A DNA stretch of 64,000 nt from Planctomycetota bacterium (GTDB lineage: Bacteria > Planctomycetota > UBA1135), in contig JASFYO010000019.1 in assembly GCA_045047305.1 (NCBI GenBank), forward strand, positions 1 through 64,000. The letters are read 5' to 3'. Below are positions 1 to 8,690 of this stretch, one piece after another (the first letter of the stretch is position 1; every line of letters begins with the position of its first letter). Both the position numbers and the translations under genes were made by a program. The notes under the pieces were generated by a model that made no database searches, was not told the DNA's origin, and was given only the letters and a program-made list of their open reading frames with translations.

Positions 1-11
1 GGCGAGCTGTG

Positions 12-464
12 ATGATTCGGCCAAGGCCGGCGTTCCCCTCAAGCGCTGCTCAACAAAAGCGCACGGGGTTCTCAATGGTGGAGTTGATGTTGGTCATCGT
101 GGTGGCAGGCATTCTCATGACGATGGGCGTCCCCAAGTCGTCAACGACCTTAGCAAATGCTGAGGTAAATAAGGCAACCGCAGAAATGCAAAGCATTTGG
201 CTTTCTCAACGTCGCTACCGCATGGAGTACGGATCCTTCGCGCCATCGATGCGAGCATTAGTGCAAGAAGGATTTATGAGTGAAGTCTTGCTTAAGAAGC
301 GCGATCCTTTTCAATACAGGATTGAGGCGAAGTCACGCGGTCGCTTAAAAATTACTGCGACTCGTACACGAAACGGTTCGTGGCGTGGATCTTTCACTCT
401 GAATGAAATGGGGGAGATGAAGGGTGAACTTGCCAATTCCGAGGGTAAGAAAATTGAACCTTAA
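12..464 (+). CDS. Type II secretion pseudopilin / type IV pilin-like protein
   Basis: Class III prepilin motif G|FSMVELMLVIVVAGIL (Phe+1, Glu+5) followed by a hydrophobic helix; first visible gene of a tightly overlapping four-gene cluster. Confidence 0.85.
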   Translation: MIRPRPAFPSSAAQQKRTGFSMVELMLVIVVAGILMTMGVPKSSTTLANAEVNKATAEMQSIWLSQRRYRMEYGSFAPSMRALVQEGFMSEVLLKKRDPFQYRIEAKSRGRLKITATRTRNGSWRGSFTLNEMGEMKGELANSEGKKIEP

Positions 465-876
465 GCTTAAGTCTCTGCAAAGACAGCCAAGAGGTGGTTT
501 CACCATGGTTGAGCTACTTTGTGCAATTGTAGTTCTGAACTTACTTGTTGCCGGATTAGCCTCTATGTTTCGCGGCCAAAATCAAGTTGTGAATAGCTTG
601 GAAGAGTGGTGTGAGGGTGATCCAGTTCTCTATGTTTCGCCGGATTCAAATCCAATGTCCCGCACACTTGGTGTGCCGGCGACGCTTTCAAAAAAGGATA
701 GCGTGCGCGAAGTTCGGCGTTCCGTTGGTGCGGTTTACGCGGTAGAGGTTTTGGAGATGAAACGCCGTTTTTCGAAGAATCAAGCATCTGTCGTCTTCAG
801 TCAGGAGAAGAAAGAAGACAATGAGGGTAATGGTAAGGGCGACGGCGATGATGATGAAAACGAGGAAGATTCTTGA
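454..876 (+). CDS. Minor pseudopilin with prepilin cleavage motif and acidic tail
   Basis: G|FTMVELLCAIVVL motif; start TTG454 (GAGGG upstream) preferred over GTG424. Confidence 0.75.
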   Translation: MNLKLKSLQRQPRGGFTMVELLCAIVVLNLLVAGLASMFRGQNQVVNSLEEWCEGDPVLYVSPDSNPMSRTLGVPATLSKKDSVREVRRSVGAVYAVEVLEMKRRFSKNQASVVFSQEKKEDNEGNGKGDGDDDENEEDS

Positions 877-1364
877 AAAGTCCATCTCATCATTCCGGCC
901 ACACGTTAGTGGAGATGACGGTTGTGGTGACGATTCTTGCGATGGTGTTATCACTTGTTGCTCGCGCACAGAAACCGTTTTCGCAAGGCGTAATGACCTT
1001 GCAAGATCGAAACAGTACGACCACAGAACTTCACTTGGCGGTAGATTATCTGTCGATGGATCTTGGCGCGGCCAAGAGAGTACAGCGTGTCTCGGAAAGT
1101 GAAGTACTAATCCGGAGAGAGGATGGCGCAGCACGTCGCGCAGGGCTAGAGAAAGACAGCACTGATCCTGGCGTCCGCTATAGTTTCGACAACAGCAATT
1201 TGGTTCGAGAGGATCTTATTACCAAAGAGAAATTTGTAGTTGCGGTTGGCATGACCGGATTCTCTATCGCTCCGATAAGGCGCGGCGAGACCAAACTTGT
1301 CTTGGCCGATGGAATTGCAGAGGATGATCAGCATACGGTGACCTTAGTTTGGAGGCGCCCATGA
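873..1364 (+). CDS. Minor pseudopilin (GspJ/PilW-like)
   Basis: G|HTLVEMTVVVTILAMVL motif; 4-nt overlaps with both neighbours. Confidence 0.75.
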   Translation: MKSPSHHSGHTLVEMTVVVTILAMVLSLVARAQKPFSQGVMTLQDRNSTTTELHLAVDYLSMDLGAAKRVQRVSESEVLIRREDGAARRAGLEKDSTDPGVRYSFDNSNLVREDLITKEKFVVAVGMTGFSIAPIRRGETKLVLADGIAEDDQHTVTLVWRRP

Positions 1365-1759
1365 TTCTTTTTGCAACCAAACGGGCTCGTTCCGGGGATA
1401 AGTCACGGTATGGGAATGCCATGCTCCTAGTGATGATGATGAGCGTATTCTCGATGGGTATTTGGGCCGTGACTCTCCGCACGACCAGGAACGCTATCGA
1501 AACTGAAAGTTTTCATAATCAACGCACTGAGTTCGAGCACCGAATTGTGCGTGGTTTGGCCTTGGCGGGTGTACTCCTTGAGAAGGAGAAGCCCGATTCA
1601 CTTCCCTATGCTTTTTTATATACGGGCAAAGACGCGAACGGCAGTTTCTTCACACGAGTTGAGATTCGCAGCAAGGGCCATGAGCGCTTTTCCGTTACGG
1701 CGCGTCAAGCAACCGTATCAGAAGTCCGAAGTTTGCCCCGGAACCCTAAGAAATTCTGA
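1361..1759 (+). CDS. PilX/GspK-like minor pilin (no Glu+5)
   Basis: G|NAMLLVMMMSVF hydrophobic N-terminus; ATGA overlap with the upstream stop; GGAGG SD. Confidence 0.65.
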   Translation: MILFATKRARSGDKSRYGNAMLLVMMMSVFSMGIWAVTLRTTRNAIETESFHNQRTEFEHRIVRGLALAGVLLEKEKPDSLPYAFLYTGKDANGSFFTRVEIRSKGHERFSVTARQATVSEVRSLPRNPKKF

Positions 1760-1808
1760 CCTAAAGGTGTGGTAACATCGAGTTCTCCCATTTCGCTGTT
1801 ACTCACAA

Positions 1809-2654
1809 TTGGCTAACCCCACCTCAGCCTTCGCTTCCTTTTCTAGCGAACCTGCTCCAGCAGTCCACGCTGGGCCCATCCCTCGTTTTGATGAGACTTC
1901 GGGTAACTATCGGGTCAGGTTTGCAACTTCTGATGCAGATCTAGAGTCCATTGCGCGGCTTCGGTACCAAACATTTAATATTGAGATGAGGGAGGGCTTA
2001 GATGCTTCTCACGAAACCGGCTTAGATTTCGATCGATTTGACACTCAATGCCAGCACCTTTTAGTGGAATGCCGAGACGCGGCCAGAAATGGACCGGCTG
2101 TAGCGGTAGTTGGAACTTACCGGCTGCAAACGGCTGAATCCGCAGCAAAAGGGTGTGGCTTTTATAGTGCGGAGGAGTTCGACCTGAGCGGTTTACCAGC
2201 AGAGATGCTAGAAGATGCCGTCGAGCTGGGGCGGGCTTGTGTAGCTCCGGAGCACCGTAATCGGCGCACGCTTTTTCTGCTTTGGAAGGGTTTGGCCTCC
2301 TATGTCTTGTGGCATCGTAAGCGCTATTTCTTTGGCTGCAATTCACTGACTTCGGAGTCCCAATTGGAGGGGTGGCGCATGATGCGTTACCTGACAGAGC
2401 ACGGACACGTGCATCCGGAGTTCCTGTCAGACCCTTTGCCAGGATATGCATGCGATGCGCCGGCCCAAATGACCCCGGAAGACGAATTGACCTTAGATAT
2501 TCCACCACTGTTTGGAATCTATCTGCGCTATGGCGCTAAGGTATGCGGGCCGCCAGCTCATGATGCGCTGTTCCATACCGTGGATTTCCTTACGGTTGTA
2601 GACCTCGACGAGATGGACGAGCGAACCTTCCAAAACTTCGCGTCTAAGAAATGA
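1809..2654 (+). CDS. GNAT N-acyl amino acid synthase, OlsB-like (ornithine/aminolipid N-acyltransferase)
   Basis: RLRYQTF..E, D.DRFD..CQHLLV, VVGTYRL, FYSAEEFD, ELGRACV..EHR and IPPL..YLRYGA motifs typical of OlsB/Acetyltransf_5. Confidence 0.85.
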   Translation: MANPTSAFASFSSEPAPAVHAGPIPRFDETSGNYRVRFATSDADLESIARLRYQTFNIEMREGLDASHETGLDFDRFDTQCQHLLVECRDAARNGPAVAVVGTYRLQTAESAAKGCGFYSAEEFDLSGLPAEMLEDAVELGRACVAPEHRNRRTLFLLWKGLASYVLWHRKRYFFGCNSLTSESQLEGWRMMRYLTEHGHVHPEFLSDPLPGYACDAPAQMTPEDELTLDIPPLFGIYLRYGAKVCGPPAHDALFHTVDFLTVVDLDEMDERTFQNFASKK

Positions 2655-3466
2655 TTTCGCCACTTGGGCATAGCCGTGCCCTCACTCGTTCACTTTTGCT
2701 TGGTGCGAGCCTACTGATTCTCATTGTCAGCTGGTCTTTGCCTTTGTTTCTTGTGATTTTCAGCAAACGAGCAGCCTCGCATTTACGAGTACGCATTATG
2801 GGAATATGGGCACGCTTTGCTCTGTTCATTATGGGGATACGGGTCCGCTCCGAAGGCGACCCTCCGCAGGCGCCGTTTTTCTTAGTTTCTAACCACCTGA
2901 CTTATTTAGATATTCTGGTTCTTTGGAGTCGCATAGACACATACTTTCTCGCGAAGTCAGAGCTCGGAAGCTGGCCGCTTTTAGGGCCATTGATTCGTGC
3001 AGCAGGCACGATGTTCATTAACCGCAGTCGTCGCGCAGATGTTCTCCCCGCGATCGAACGGGTGAAAGGCCGTTTAGCCTTAGGCAACGGGGTCGTCTTT
3101 TTCCCGGAGGGCACAAGCTCTTCCGGCGGTCAGCTTCTAAATTTCAAATCGAGTTTATTTGAAGTGGCTTTGCATACAGGGTTGCCGGTTCATATTGCCT
3201 GCCTTCACTATGACTCACGCAGTGAAAAATACCCTACCGAAATAAACGTTTGTTGGTGGGGGGATATGGGTTTTGGCGGACATTTTTATCACTTGCTTGC
3301 GATGCCGAAGGTTCACGTCCGCGTTCGGTTCGCACCAGATCCGGTGGTTGCCGATGACCGTAAACAGCTTGCACGCGCTGCTCGTGAGAGCATGCAAAAC
3401 CTATTTGAGCCGATGCACAATTGGAGTCGGGTGAGTCCAAGCGAGGATGCAGGTATTCCGGCTTAG
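2651..3466 (+). CDS. Lysophospholipid acyltransferase, OlsA/PlsC-like
   Basis: NHLTYLD (HxxxxD) and FFPEGT motifs; coupled to the olsB-like gene by ATGA overlap. Confidence 0.9.
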   Translation: MISPLGHSRALTRSLLLGASLLILIVSWSLPLFLVIFSKRAASHLRVRIMGIWARFALFIMGIRVRSEGDPPQAPFFLVSNHLTYLDILVLWSRIDTYFLAKSELGSWPLLGPLIRAAGTMFINRSRRADVLPAIERVKGRLALGNGVVFFPEGTSSSGGQLLNFKSSLFEVALHTGLPVHIACLHYDSRSEKYPTEINVCWWGDMGFGGHFYHLLAMPKVHVRVRFAPDPVVADDRKQLARAARESMQNLFEPMHNWSRVSPSEDAGIPA

Positions 3467-3478
3467 CTGCCATCAATC

Positions 3479-6058
3479 ATGAAGCGTCGCCTGCTTGTTC
3501 TCTATTTGGTTTTGTTGGCCGCTTCTAACCTGTTCCGCTATTTTGGAATGGAACGCCCGGCGCTTGATTACGGAGAACAAAGCGCAACGCTTCAGGTTTA
3601 TGATCGGGGAGAAAGAGGAAAAGAGAAGGTGCGGATGGTTTATAGCCTGCACACTCCCGAGATTGGGCCTACCCTGGAGGATCTGCTTGATACCGAGGAG
3701 GTTGCAACCGTGGTGCTGATTCATGGCAGCCCAGGGAGCATTCAAGACTTCGATGATTTCGCCGCAAGGATGCCACCGCACCTACAAGTGTTGGTTCCTG
3801 ATTTGCCCGGCTTTGGAAGTTCTTGGGCGCGGCTCCCTGATTACAGTCCAGCGGCGCATGCGGATTACCTTGCCCAACTTTTGGAGCAACGTGGAATCTA
3901 TGGTGTACACCTTGTCGGGTTCAGCATGGGAAGTGCCGTGGCATTGGAGTTTGCGCACCGCTATCCACGCTATGTAAAGTCGATTACTTTTGCTGGCGGA
4001 GTTGGAGTTCAGGAGTTGGAACTGTTTGGAACCTATCCGCTTAATCATGCCGTCCATGCGGTGCAGCTTGGAGGCATCACTGCAGCTGAATGGCTGCTAC
4101 CTCATTTTGGCAAGCTAGACCGTTGGCCGCTCAACCGAGCCTATGCACGAAACTTTTTTGATTCGGACCAGCGGCCGTATCGTGATTGGCTGCTTGAACT
4201 CCAAGCACCTATGCTGATTTTGCATGGCGACGACGACTTTCTTGTACCGGTAGAAGCCGCCCGGGAGCATTATCGTTTGGTTCCTCAAAGCGAAATGGTG
4301 GTTTACGACGACAATCACTTTTTGCTTTGGACGCGTCCTGACGAAATTGCAAAGAAGGTAGGCGATTTCATCGATCGGGTGGAGGCCGGGCAAGCTATTT
4401 CCCGCGGTCAAGCAACGGCAGAGCGCATTGCAGCAGCCAATTTAGAATTCGACCCTTCGGTTGTCCCTCCCTTCACTGGGCCAGCTTTGTGGTTCGCATT
4501 GCTTCTTTTGGCGCTCGCGACTCTCATCTCAGAAGACCTCACCTGCATTGCAACTGGCTTGCTTGTGGCGCAGGGACGCATCGGGTTATTTCCAGGAAGC
4601 GCGGCGTGTTTTGTCGGAATCCTTCTGGGCGATGTCCTCCTATTCCTTGCCGGCCGTGCCTTTGGGCGCCGCGCTCTGCAGCGAATTCCATTACGTTGGA
4701 TGCTTACCCCTGCGACCGTCGAGCGTGCGTCTGCCTGGTTTCGCCGCAGTGGCGCATGGGTGATTTTTGTTTCTCGTTTTATGCCTGGCCTGCGCTTGCC
4801 TACATACTTTGCCGCCGGCGTTCTTAAGACCCGGTTTGTTTGGTTTTTGTTGTACTTCACGATTGCGGGAATCCTTTGGACTCCCACATTGGTATGGATT
4901 TCAAGCCGTCTAGGCGTAGGCGCAGAAGTGCTGCTTGCCCGTTTTCAGGAACACGCAACATGGATTCTGATTGGCTTAGCCCTTTTCGCCTTAGTGATGA
5001 TCAAGCTAATTGTTCCGTTGTCCAGCTTCCGTGGTCGTCGCGGTCTGTTCGGGGCCTTCCGACGTCTACGCCATTGGGAATATTGGCCGCGTTGGCGGTT
5101 ATACCTTCCAGTTCTTCCAGCCATTCTTGGAGCAGCATGGAGGCGCCGCAGCTTTCGTATTGTGACTGCGGTTAACCCCGCGATGGAAGGTGGTGGATTG
5201 GTCGGTGAGTCCAAGTCCAAAAGTTTTCTCGCAATGCAGGGTACGAGTATTCCGCCGTTCCTTAGCTTGGAAGAAGGTAGTGGAGAGACCCGTTATGCAA
5301 GCGTTGCTGCGTGGATGCAAACGTGCGGCGTGGCATTCCCAATCATCTTGAAACCGGACTGCGGTGAACGCGGAGACGGCGTACGCAAAGTACAAAGTAA
5401 AGAGGAGGTTCTCCTCTGGTGCAAGGACTTCCCACGAGCAGGATTGGCGCAAGCTTTCGTTTCTGGATTAGAGTTCGGGGTTTCTTGCGCCCGCTTTGCC
5501 GGGGAATCCCGCATGCGCGTGGTTTCGATTGGGGCGAAAATTCCACCAACAGTTCTTGGCGACGGCATAAGCAATTTGGAGCGTTTAGTTTTGTTACACC
5601 CACGGCATGTGGCCCAGGCCGACGCCATTTTGGGCGCGAATGCTCAGCGCCTTTACGCTATTCCTGAAGTCGGCGAAGTGGTGGAACTGAGCCCTTTAGG
5701 CACACATTCTCGCGGAGCCCAGTTTTTGGACCGCAACGACTTATATAGCCAAGAGCTTGAAGTCGTCATCCAAGGTCTCTGCAGTCGTATGCCGGATTTT
5801 CACTTAGGGCGATTCGACATTCGCGTTCCAAGCATAGAGGACTTTGTTGCCGGCAAAAACCTGAGTGTATTAGAGCTTAATGGGCTTACAGGAGAGCCGG
5901 CGCATATTTATGATTCCAAGTATTCCGTTCATGATGCACGTAGCGCGCTGAGACAGCATTGGCGCGATGCATTTTCGATTGCGGCAGCCAACGTCAAGGC
6001 TGGGTCATCCATGAGTAGTTACCGCGAATTGTGGAATCTGTGGCGCCAAAGCCGGTAG
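3479..6058 (+). CDS. Fusion protein: alpha/beta hydrolase + DedA/VTT membrane domain + ATP-grasp ligase
   Basis: HGSPG, GFSMG nucleophile, GDDD and NH triad residues; SEDLTC...SRFMPGLR DedA motifs; HWEYWP...LKPD.GERG.GV...RFDIR...LELNG ATP-grasp motifs. Confidence 0.85.
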   Translation: MKRRLLVLYLVLLAASNLFRYFGMERPALDYGEQSATLQVYDRGERGKEKVRMVYSLHTPEIGPTLEDLLDTEEVATVVLIHGSPGSIQDFDDFAARMPPHLQVLVPDLPGFGSSWARLPDYSPAAHADYLAQLLEQRGIYGVHLVGFSMGSAVALEFAHRYPRYVKSITFAGGVGVQELELFGTYPLNHAVHAVQLGGITAAEWLLPHFGKLDRWPLNRAYARNFFDSDQRPYRDWLLELQAPMLILHGDDDFLVPVEAAREHYRLVPQSEMVVYDDNHFLLWTRPDEIAKKVGDFIDRVEAGQAISRGQATAERIAAANLEFDPSVVPPFTGPALWFALLLLALATLISEDLTCIATGLLVAQGRIGLFPGSAACFVGILLGDVLLFLAGRAFGRRALQRIPLRWMLTPATVERASAWFRRSGAWVIFVSRFMPGLRLPTYFAAGVLKTRFVWFLLYFTIAGILWTPTLVWISSRLGVGAEVLLARFQEHATWILIGLALFALVMIKLIVPLSSFRGRRGLFGAFRRLRHWEYWPRWRLYLPVLPAILGAAWRRRSFRIVTAVNPAMEGGGLVGESKSKSFLAMQGTSIPPFLSLEEGSGETRYASVAAWMQTCGVAFPIILKPDCGERGDGVRKVQSKEEVLLWCKDFPRAGLAQAFVSGLEFGVSCARFAGESRMRVVSIGAKIPPTVLGDGISNLERLVLLHPRHVAQADAILGANAQRLYAIPEVGEVVELSPLGTHSRGAQFLDRNDLYSQELEVVIQGLCSRMPDFHLGRFDIRVPSIEDFVAGKNLSVLELNGLTGEPAHIYDSKYSVHDARSALRQHWRDAFSIAAANVKAGSSMSSYRELWNLWRQSR

Positions 6059-6078
6059 CCCGACGCTATTCTTTGCGT

Positions 6079-6423
6079 ATGACCGTTACCGTTTGGTTTA
6101 ATCCAGCATGCTCAAAATGTCGCGCAGTAAAGGCTCTGTTAGAAGACCGCGGCATCGAAGCTAACTACCGGCTTTATCTAGAGCAGGCGCCAAGCGTGGA
6201 GGAAATAGAAGATCTTCTTTCCAAGCTTGGAGATCCAGAAGCACGACAGCTTTTACGCATGAAAGATGCGGTTTTTGCTGAGCTAAACTTGGCAGAGGCT
6301 ACACCGGCATCCCGGATCGAGGCAAGCTGTGCGACCCCTTCGTTGCTGAACCGCCCGATTGTGGTTTGTGGTGAGCGCGCCATTGTTGCGCGTCCGCCAG
6401 AGTTGGCCTTGGAAGTTTTATGA
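6079..6423 (+). CDS. arsC: Arsenate reductase (ArsC/Spx family)
   Basis: NPACSKCR, LLRMKD, PSLLNRPIV and ARPPE motifs; start set at ATG6079. Confidence 0.85.
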   Translation: MTVTVWFNPACSKCRAVKALLEDRGIEANYRLYLEQAPSVEEIEDLLSKLGDPEARQLLRMKDAVFAELNLAEATPASRIEASCATPSLLNRPIVVCGERAIVARPPELALEVL

Positions 6424-7178
6424 GTCAATCGCGCTTCATCACCATTCCAACTAGCCATTACTGTGAAAAGGCGCGTTGGGCAATGGACTATGTCGGCTTT
6501 GCTTATGAAGAGGAAATGCACATGCCAGTTTTTCACATGCGCATTGCCAAAAAAGCAGGTGGCAAACCGACAGTGCCGGTGTTGGTAACTGGAGATGGCG
6601 TGTTTAATGATTCCACCGATATTCTTCAGTTTTTGGACCGGACTACGGAAGACCACAAACTTTACCCCGAAGATCCGAACTTGCGCAAAGAAGTGGAAGA
6701 CTTCGAGGAACTTTGCGACGAAGTTGTAGGCAAGCATTCAAGGCGGGTTATTTATTCTTACCTACTGCAGCAAAAGGAATCCTTTTTCCAAATGTTTCCC
6801 GAACAATGCCCACCCCACGAAGTTCGATGGTTGCGTTTTGGGTTTCCAGTTTTTCGCATTTTGGTACGCCGGGCCTACAACATTAACCCACAATCGGTTG
6901 CGCGTTCGGTGCAAAAAGTGAAGGATGTTTTCGCGCTGGTCGAAGCTCGACTTGCCCAGGGCGGAGACTATCTTTTTGGTGACACCATCAGCGCGGCGGA
7001 TATTGCTTTTGCCTGCACAGCAGTTCCTATTGTGGTTCCAGATGACTACTTTGTGAAGCTACCGAGTCTCGAGGATTTCCCTGCAGAAGGCCGAGCGCTC
7101 ATCGAAGAATTCCGCGAATCGCCGGCGGGGTTGTATGCACGGAAACTCTTCCGCGAAGACCGCCCGCGTTGCAACTAA
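6420..7178 (+). CDS. Glutathione S-transferase family protein
   Basis: SHYCEKARWAMD, TVPVL, DSTDI N-terminal motifs; YLFGDTISAADIA C-terminal motif. Confidence 0.85.
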   Translation: MSQSRFITIPTSHYCEKARWAMDYVGFAYEEEMHMPVFHMRIAKKAGGKPTVPVLVTGDGVFNDSTDILQFLDRTTEDHKLYPEDPNLRKEVEDFEELCDEVVGKHSRRVIYSYLLQQKESFFQMFPEQCPPHEVRWLRFGFPVFRILVRRAYNINPQSVARSVQKVKDVFALVEARLAQGGDYLFGDTISAADIAFACTAVPIVVPDDYFVKLPSLEDFPAEGRALIEEFRESPAGLYARKLFREDRPRCN

Positions 7179-7452
7179 GATGTTGAATCTAGTCCGTCTT
7201 CTGAACTAGCCTTCAGAGTTAGACTCAGGGGGCGAAGTATTCAACCCTTGGAGAATACCATTGGTTTACTAGGATTGAGCGCGGCGGTCGAAGGTTATGC
7301 TCAATATTTAACGCGTCAGCATGCGGCAAAGTTGGGGGCTAAAAAAGGGTGGCCTTGGTTATGTACGACAGTCGCAGTGCAGAGACCTTGCATCCCTTTC
7401 TCAACAACCTCAATCAACTGGCTGCAAAGCAGTCCGAAAAACAAATCGAGCC

Positions 7453-8673
7453 TTAAAGGCTAACCCGGTCAGGGCCTTTCAAGTCGAACTTTCGGCGTCG
7501 TACAATAAAGTGGTCGCCATGAATACGGCGCTTGCGAAAGCCGAGCAAGTGGAAGATTTCCACCGTGGCCCAGCGAGCAACTTTAAGGTTGACGCGGATA
7601 GCGCCAGGCTCGTCCTTAACTTTTGTAACGCCCGGCATCCAGTGCACAATACGGTCCAAGCGGAGGCGTCGCATCCAGCGCGATAGTTTGAGCCATGCGG
7701 GCGCTACATCGAGTGCGAGGAAGAAACCGTCGTCGCCCTTGCCTTGGTACAGGGGAAGGAGGATGCGAGACCGGTAGAAGGTTTTGATTTCACCTTGCAA
7801 GAGATCTTCAGCAACTACTTCACCTTTACTCACGCGGCGAAAGTTGCGATAGCCAGGCCGCATGCGGAAGCCATCTTCCGCGGTAATGGCATGGCGATAA
7901 CGAATTCCGAGCCACTGCGGTAAGCCACCACGGCTTTTTTCAAGCACTTCAGTAGCGTGACGTGTTTCCGCAATGGTTTCATCGCTTAGGCAGCCTGCGC
8001 CAACTAATGCGCGCCAAACTGCGGCTTCGTGAAAGTCGATAGCGGCTTCGGAATGGTGCTCGCCACCTTCAAATCCAATGGTGATAAATCCAAGGTTGTT
8101 GAGGTACTCGAGGAGGGCTCCTTCTAATTGTTCTTCGAGTCCAAGGATGACCGGCACGGGAAAGCTGTGCGCAAAGCGGCGGTTCCGAATCGTGTCGCCA
8201 ATGCAGGCAAAGGGTTCACCCTCGGCCGACGAAGTGTGAAGGTCTAAAAAGTAAACTTCTCCGCGATGCGAGCCGACTACGTTGCGCATCGTGTCGAGCA
8301 ATTCTCGTTGTTCAAGAGTTTCTGCGCAGCCATCTTCGAGTGCGTTGATCTGGGCCATACGGTCAGGTGACCATGCACGATTCAAATCACGATCGAGGTA
8401 ACGAGTTTTCGCTTCCAGTGCGCGAAGGTTGCCGGCTAAACCCACGATGGTGCCACGCATGTGCGGTTGCTTCTTGCGCAATGTCTCGAATACGCGCTCG
8501 AGGGCATGCACTCCAGCGGGTTCATTGCCGTGAATCCCTCCAAGGCATAACACCAGGGGTCCATCCTCCTGCCCGTCGTAACGGCCAAGAACTCTTGGGT
8601 GGCGGTTCATCGCCGTAGCAGTCGAGATTCCAGAATCCACATTCCTATCCAAGGACCATGACGACCCTCTCAT
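7453..8673 (-). CDS. Succinylglutamate desuccinylase/aspartoacylase family (M14-like Zn peptidase)
   Basis: GIHGNE, RYLDRDLNR, LDLHT and FEGGEH motifs; start may be 8610. Confidence 0.85.
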   Translation of the reverse strand: MRGSSWSLDRNVDSGISTATAMNRHPRVLGRYDGQEDGPLVLCLGGIHGNEPAGVHALERVFETLRKKQPHMRGTIVGLAGNLRALEAKTRYLDRDLNRAWSPDRMAQINALEDGCAETLEQRELLDTMRNVVGSHRGEVYFLDLHTSSAEGEPFACIGDTIRNRRFAHSFPVPVILGLEEQLEGALLEYLNNLGFITIGFEGGEHHSEAAIDFHEAAVWRALVGAGCLSDETIAETRHATEVLEKSRGGLPQWLGIRYRHAITAEDGFRMRPGYRNFRRVSKGEVVAEDLLQGEIKTFYRSRILLPLYQGKGDDGFFLALDVAPAWLKLSRWMRRLRLDRIVHWMPGVTKVKDEPGAIRVNLKVARWATVEIFHLLGFRKRRIHGDHFIVRRRKFDLKGPDRVSL

Positions 8674-8690
8674 TCATCGCCCAAATCAAA

